A stretch of DNA of 64,000 nt from a bacterium (GTDB lineage Bacteria; UBA8248), in NCBI GenBank assembly GCA_965203325.1, contig OZ241875.1, positions 1,568,001 to 1,632,000 on the forward strand. The letters run 5' to 3'. The notes under the pieces were generated by a model. That model was given only the letters and a program-made list of their open reading frames with translations. It was not told where the DNA came from and searched no databases. Of the stretch, positions 59,463-64,000 are shown one piece after another. Each line of letters starts with the position of its first letter. The first letter of the stretch is position 1. The translations under genes were made by a program, and so were the position numbers.

Positions 59463-60413
59463 TTACTTGATGCCGGCCTTGAGATTCTTTCCGACCGCCC
59501 GGAGCAGCCTCGTGTCTAGCGGAATCGTGCCGGTGTCGATCGTGTACTTGGATTTGTCGTCCTTATCCATCGCCACGTCGACGCCCGTGCGCACGAGCTG
59601 CTTGCCGACGGAGTCGCAGAAAGTCAGCACGGTCGCCAGCATGTTGCCGCGGTAGACTTCCTGCATCGCCTCCTCGACGCCGTTGAAGCCCGTGACGATG
59701 ATCTTGCCGAGCTTGCCGCGCGCCTTGACGGCCTGGAGCGCGCCCAGGGCCATGTCGTCGTTCACGGCGACGATGGCCGAGATGTCGGGATGCGCCGTCA
59801 GGATGTCTTCGGCTTTCTTGAGTCCCTGCGCGCGGTCCCAGTTGGCCGCCCAGACGCCGACCACCTTGATGCCCTTGTACTTGGCCAGCGTGTCCCTGGC
59901 GCCCCGCTTCCGCAGGATGCTGGACATGTTGCCCGGCACGCCTTCCATGAGCGCGACCTTGCCCTTGCCGCCCAGTTCCTCGGCGACGGCCTTGGCGACG
60001 GCGGACTGCCCGTAATACTGATCCGGCCCAACGAAGTGCCGCGCCACCTGCTTGGCCAAATCGTCGGAATGGATGAGCACGCGGATGCCGTTTTTCTGCA
60101 CCTTCTTGACCGTCTGCACCATGGCGTTCGGGTCGATGGCGCTGAAGGCGAGGACGTGCACGCGCTTCTGGATCAGGTCGTCGATCATCTTGGTGACGCC
60201 GATCAGGTCGGTGCCCAGGGCGCCGCTCAGAACGGTGAGCTTGACGTTGGGATGATTCTTGGCCTCCGCCTCGGCGGAATTCTTGAGACACGCGAAATAG
60301 GGGTTCCCCAGCGTCTCCACCACGATGCCGATCTTGATGTCCTTCGCGAACGCGGGCGTTGTGAACCCGGCGAACGCCACTGCCACGATAACGATGCCGA
60401 TCATGCGCTTCAT
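59463..60413 (-). CDS. Sugar-type (RbsB-like) ABC substrate-binding protein
   Basis: Signal peptide ending AFA, NPYF, ANWDR, NDDMALGA, GFNG. Confidence 0.9.
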   Translation of the reverse strand: MKRMIGIVIVAVAFAGFTTPAFAKDIKIGIVVETLGNPYFACLKNSAEAEAKNHPNVKLTVLSGALGTDLIGVTKMIDDLIQKRVHVLAFSAIDPNAMVQTVKKVQKNGIRVLIHSDDLAKQVARHFVGPDQYYGQSAVAKAVAEELGGKGKVALMEGVPGNMSSILRKRGARDTLAKYKGIKVVGVWAANWDRAQGLKKAEDILTAHPDISAIVAVNDDMALGALQAVKARGKLGKIIVTGFNGVEEAMQEVYRGNMLATVLTFCDSVGKQLVRTGVDVAMDKDDKSKYTIDTGTIPLDTRLLRAVGKNLKAGIK

Positions 60414-60719
60414 AGACTTTCCTCCCCGGTTAGTTCTATGGCCCAGTGTGCAATCGTATTCTCTGAAATGTGGTGATTGGGCAATCATCACACACGGGCC
60501 AGCGTGGGTCAATAAGGGAGACCGGCGGGTCGTGTCTTGCTTCAAGAACAGGGACGGTACAATGGAGAGATGTTGAACCGGTGGGTTCCGGTCTCAGCCT
60601 CCGGTGCGCTTGATGAGAATCTTTTGCCCTTCGATACGCCGCTTCGCGGCTACTCAGGGTGAGGGGGTAGTCGGGCTACCCGGGATGCAGAAAACAGCCT
60701 TTTCATCCCTGCTCGACGT

Positions 60720-60766
60720 GAACCCCACAACCCCCCCCCTTGTCAGAGGGCTTTTTCGACAGCCCC
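60720..60766. repeat. Truncated composite repeat end abutting the CocE stop
   Basis: CCCCCCCCTTGTCAGAGGGCTTTTTCGACAGCCCC. Confidence 0.6.
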
Positions 60767-62511
60767 TACTTCGGCGGAATGATCGGCAAGAGCAAGTGGG
60801 AGGGATGCTCGGGGCCAGTGTGGAGCGTCACGTCGCCGCCGAACACCTCAGGCGGCCTGTCGGCAGGGTCGTTGTGCCGGAACGGCCCCACGCCCGAGAA
60901 CACGGCGGGCATGTTCGGAAGCCCCTGGGTGACCCCGCCCGGGTAGACGTAATCACAACCGCGTACGCTGAGCGCCAGGCGGTAGCCCTTGGGCGCCACG
61001 ATGCAGGTCGGCCATATCTCGACGTCCAGTTCGTATATCTCCCCGGGCGTGAGCGGCTGCACCTCGTCGTGCGCGTGATAGGGCCGGTAGGGCAGCGTGA
61101 GCGATTCATCGAGCTTCCGGTGCGAGGCCCGGAGCCAGCCCTGGGCCACCGGGGTGTGGGGGTCGAGCGCGCCCTGGAAGGTGACTTCCCTGAAATCGGG
61201 CGTGAACAATCTCAATACCAGGAACAGGTCGGCGTCCTGGGTCTGAGACGACACCCACAGCTTGGACGCCAGGGGGCCCGTGATCTCGGTTTCGCGCTTC
61301 AAGGGAGGCGAGACGAACGTCACCCCGTCACCCAAACCAGCATAGGTGGCCGAACCCGCCTCGGCGGGCGCGGCCTCGCCGAGCTGGTGGCCTTCCGCGT
61401 GGAGATAGAGCTTCGTCCAGTTCGTGCGCGCGATGGGCCACTCATCCTCCGCGCGCTCCACGAACTTCTCGCCGGGGTGACGAATCTTGAGCAGCACCCT
61501 CGGCTGATCCTTCCAGCCGGTGTCTTCCCCCTTCAGGAAATGCCCAAAAAATTTCTTCTGGAGCGCCACGCCGTAATCGGTGTAAAACTCCGTCCAGTGC
61601 TCGATGCCGTGGCTCTCCAGCCATTTCTCCTCAGAAGCCGCTCGCATGAAGGCCTCGCAGTTCCCCCTCGGGTGAAGACCCTGCCCGCCCCAGTTGTTGG
61701 AAGACAGGAAAGGGACTTCGACCTGCGACCAATCCGGTGTTTTCGCCTTCCAGTATTCGTCATCGAGCGGGTGCGCGCGCATCTCCGCCCCCAGGCGGCA
61801 GCGGTTCGCGCCCAGTTCCTCCTCGCTCAGCGTGTCCGGCCCCGAGACCCAATCGCCCGTCACCCGGCTCTTGTAGCCGCGCTCACCGAGGCCGTGCTGT
61901 TTGGAGCGCCCCCTGTTCTGATACCAGTTCTCCGTGAAGGTGCAGTAGATGCCCCCGTGGTAGTTCATGTCGCGGTAGAAATCCGCCGCCCCCTCCCAGG
62001 CGCACATGGCGACCAGATGAGGCGGCTTCAGGCACGCGACCTGCCACTGGTTGATGGCGTAATAGGAGATGCCGTTGGCCCCCACCTTCCCGTTGCTCCA
62101 GGGCTGCGCCGCCGCCCACTCGATGCACTCGTAGAAATCGCGCGTCTCGCGATCCGAGAAGGGGTCCATATACCCCGGCGAGCGGCCCGCACCCCGCGAA
62201 TCCACGCGCACGCAGGCGTAGCCGTCCGGCACCCATTTCTCGGGGTCCACGACTTCCCAGTTCTGGTATTTGTTCGAAGAACCCAGGGCGACGTCGGGGT
62301 GCTGCTCCACCATGCGGCGCCACTGCTCGGGATAGCCGTCCTCGAAGTGGAGCCACTTCCCGTAGATGCCGTAGGTGATGATCACGGGATAGCGGCCCTC
62401 ATCAACAGGCCGGTAGACGTCGCAGCGCAGCACCAGGCCGTCGTCCATCTCGACCGGAACCTCCCAGTCGATCCGCATCCCGTCGGCAATTTCCGATTTA
62501 CGCCCTCTCAT
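60766..62511 (-). CDS. CocE/NonD family hydrolase
   Basis: DGLVLRCDVYRP, VDSRGAGRS, WSNGKVG..GISYY, GWLRASHR. Confidence 0.9.
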   Translation of the reverse strand: MRGRKSEIADGMRIDWEVPVEMDDGLVLRCDVYRPVDEGRYPVIITYGIYGKWLHFEDGYPEQWRRMVEQHPDVALGSSNKYQNWEVVDPEKWVPDGYACVRVDSRGAGRSPGYMDPFSDRETRDFYECIEWAAAQPWSNGKVGANGISYYAINQWQVACLKPPHLVAMCAWEGAADFYRDMNYHGGIYCTFTENWYQNRGRSKQHGLGERGYKSRVTGDWVSGPDTLSEEELGANRCRLGAEMRAHPLDDEYWKAKTPDWSQVEVPFLSSNNWGGQGLHPRGNCEAFMRAASEEKWLESHGIEHWTEFYTDYGVALQKKFFGHFLKGEDTGWKDQPRVLLKIRHPGEKFVERAEDEWPIARTNWTKLYLHAEGHQLGEAAPAEAGSATYAGLGDGVTFVSPPLKRETEITGPLASKLWVSSQTQDADLFLVLRLFTPDFREVTFQGALDPHTPVAQGWLRASHRKLDESLTLPYRPYHAHDEVQPLTPGEIYELDVEIWPTCIVAPKGYRLALSVRGCDYVYPGGVTQGLPNMPAVFSGVGPFRHNDPADRPPEVFGGDVTLHTGPEHPSHLLLPIIPPK

Positions 62512-62538
62512 CTCACACCTCTCGTCTTTTATTTGGAA

Positions 62539-64000
62539 TTATGCATTCTGCGGAATCACCGGCAGCAACACGTGCGATGGACACGACGGGCCGGTGTGGA
62601 GCGTCACCTTTCCGCCGAAGAGTTCCGTCGGCCTGTCCTCTTTCAAATCGTGCTTGAACGGCCCCACACCGTAGTAGACGCGGCCCGATATTTTGGGGGC
62701 GGAAGGCTCATAACCGGGCCAGACGTAATCGCGCCCCCGGACGCTGATCGCCAGGCGGTATTCCCTGGGGATGACGATGGAGGTCGGCCAGATCTCCACG
62801 TCGAGTTCGTATATCTCGCCGGGCGTGAGCGGCTGAATCTCGTCATGCGTGTGGTAGGGCCGGTAGGGCAGTGTGAGGGCCTCATCGAGTTTCCGGTGCG
62901 AGGCCCTGAGCCACCCGATGGCCACGGGCGTGTGCGGGTCGTTCGCGCCCCGGTAGACGATCTCCGTCATGTCCGGCGTGAAAACGCGCAAGGTAAGAAA
63001 CAGATCCGCATCCTCGGTATCCGAGGAGATGAACATTTTGGCCGCTACGGGGCCGGTGATCTCGGTTTCCTCGGCGAAAGGCGGCGAGATGTAGATCAAG
63101 CCGTCGCCCAGGGCGTCATAGGTTTTCGTCCGCTCGTTGCCCTGAGGTTCGGGCCGGAATGTGCCCGTGCCCGAATGGAGGTAATACTTCGTCCAGTTCG
63201 TGCGCGCGAGGGGCCACTCGTTCTCCGCGCGCGGCACGAATTTCTCGCCCGGATGCCGCACCAGGAGCTGAACTTTCGGCTGCTCCGCCCAGCCGGTGTC
63301 CTCACCCTTCAGGAAATGGCCGAAAAATTTCTTCTGGAGCGCTACGCCGTAATCGGTGTAAAACTCCGTGAAATGCTCCAGCCCGTGCATCTCCAGCCAT
63401 TTCTCCTCGGTGGCCGATTGCACGAAGCCCTCCGTGTTGCCCCTGGGGTGCAGGCCCACGCCGCCCCAGTTGCCCGAGGAAAGAAGAGGCACGTTGATTT
63501 TCGAATAATCGGGCATGCGCTCTTTCCAGTAATCATCCACGAGGGGGTGATCCAGAATATCCTGCCCGAAATCGCTCCGGTTAGAAGCGAGTTCCTCTTC
63601 GCTCAGGTTGGCGGGTCCTGAAATCCAGTCGCCGTTGATGCGGCTCTTGAAGCCGCGGTGGCCCTTGCCGTGCTGGCGGGGGACGACGGCTTCGCGGTAC
63701 CAGGTCTCGGAAAACCGGCAGGCGATGCCCCCGTGGTGGGCCAAGTCGCGGTAGAAATCGGCTGCCCCCTCCCAGACGCACATGGCCGCCAGGTGCGGCG
63801 GCTGGAGCGAGGCCACCTGCCACTGGTTCATCCCGTAGTAGGAGATGCCATTCAGACCCACCTTACCGTTGCTCCAGGGCTGCACGCCCGCCCACTCGAT
63901 GCAGTCGTAAAAATCCCTGGTCTCGCGCGGCGACCACACTTCCAGATAGCCCGGCGAGCGGCCCGCGCCGCGTGAATCCACGCGCACGCAGGCGTAGCCG
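62539..64000 (-). CDS. CocE/NonD family hydrolase, tandem paralog (5' end beyond window)
   Basis: Closely similar to the adjacent gene (GISYY, GWLRASHRKLD). Confidence 0.88.
   Translation of the reverse strand, partial: GYACVRVDSRGAGRSPGYLEVWSPRETRDFYDCIEWAGVQPWSNGKVGLNGISYYGMNQWQVASLQPPHLAAMCVWEGAADFYRDLAHHGGIACRFSETWYREAVVPRQHGKGHRGFKSRINGDWISGPANLSEEELASNRSDFGQDILDHPLVDDYWKERMPDYSKINVPLLSSGNWGGVGLHPRGNTEGFVQSATEEKWLEMHGLEHFTEFYTDYGVALQKKFFGHFLKGEDTGWAEQPKVQLLVRHPGEKFVPRAENEWPLARTNWTKYYLHSGTGTFRPEPQGNERTKTYDALGDGLIYISPPFAEETEITGPVAAKMFISSDTEDADLFLTLRVFTPDMTEIVYRGANDPHTPVAIGWLRASHRKLDEALTLPYRPYHTHDEIQPLTPGEIYELDVEIWPTSIVIPREYRLAISVRGRDYVWPGYEPSAPKISGRVYYGVGPFKHDLKEDRPTELFGGKVTLHTGPSCPSHVLLPVIPQNA

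Noticed and set aside
60604..63621. 1005-aa plus-strand ORF
   Set aside because: Antisense shadow of the two CocE genes in GC-rich DNA; no recognisable motifs.

Overview
GC-rich bacterial chromosomal window, mostly metabolic genes. These include hemE-hemH-hemY, tRNA-Cys, glgXB, a complete F420 biosynthesis operon (cofG-cofH-frhB-like-nitroreductase-cofD-cofC-cofE), several luciferase-like oxidoreductases, amtB, a class III adenylate cyclase, a CdaA-YbbR fusion, a CUT2 ABC transporter and tandem CocE/NonD hydrolases. The gene content would fit a Tectomicrobia/Nitrospinota-like lineage, but that is weak inference. The standout is two intact phage-derived operons about 10 kb apart among host genes: a head/neck/tail-tube operon (31331-37535, -) and a split terminase plus portal operon (47638-50692, -). 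No integrase, replication, lysis or tape-measure gene is present. Both operons are preceded by an identical 23-bp motif (minus strand GCGCATTTCCCCGCATTTGCGCG) lying exactly 24 nt upstream of a -10-like hexamer. This suggests a domesticated, co-regulated, multi-locus gene-transfer-agent-like system. Also present are two UGA-readthrough selenoproteins missed by the ORF track (OsmC-like and UGSC), a probable CTG start for cofG, a homopolymer frameshift in hemY, two unassigned structured non-coding regions, and a family of composite palindromic MITE/REP-like repeats.
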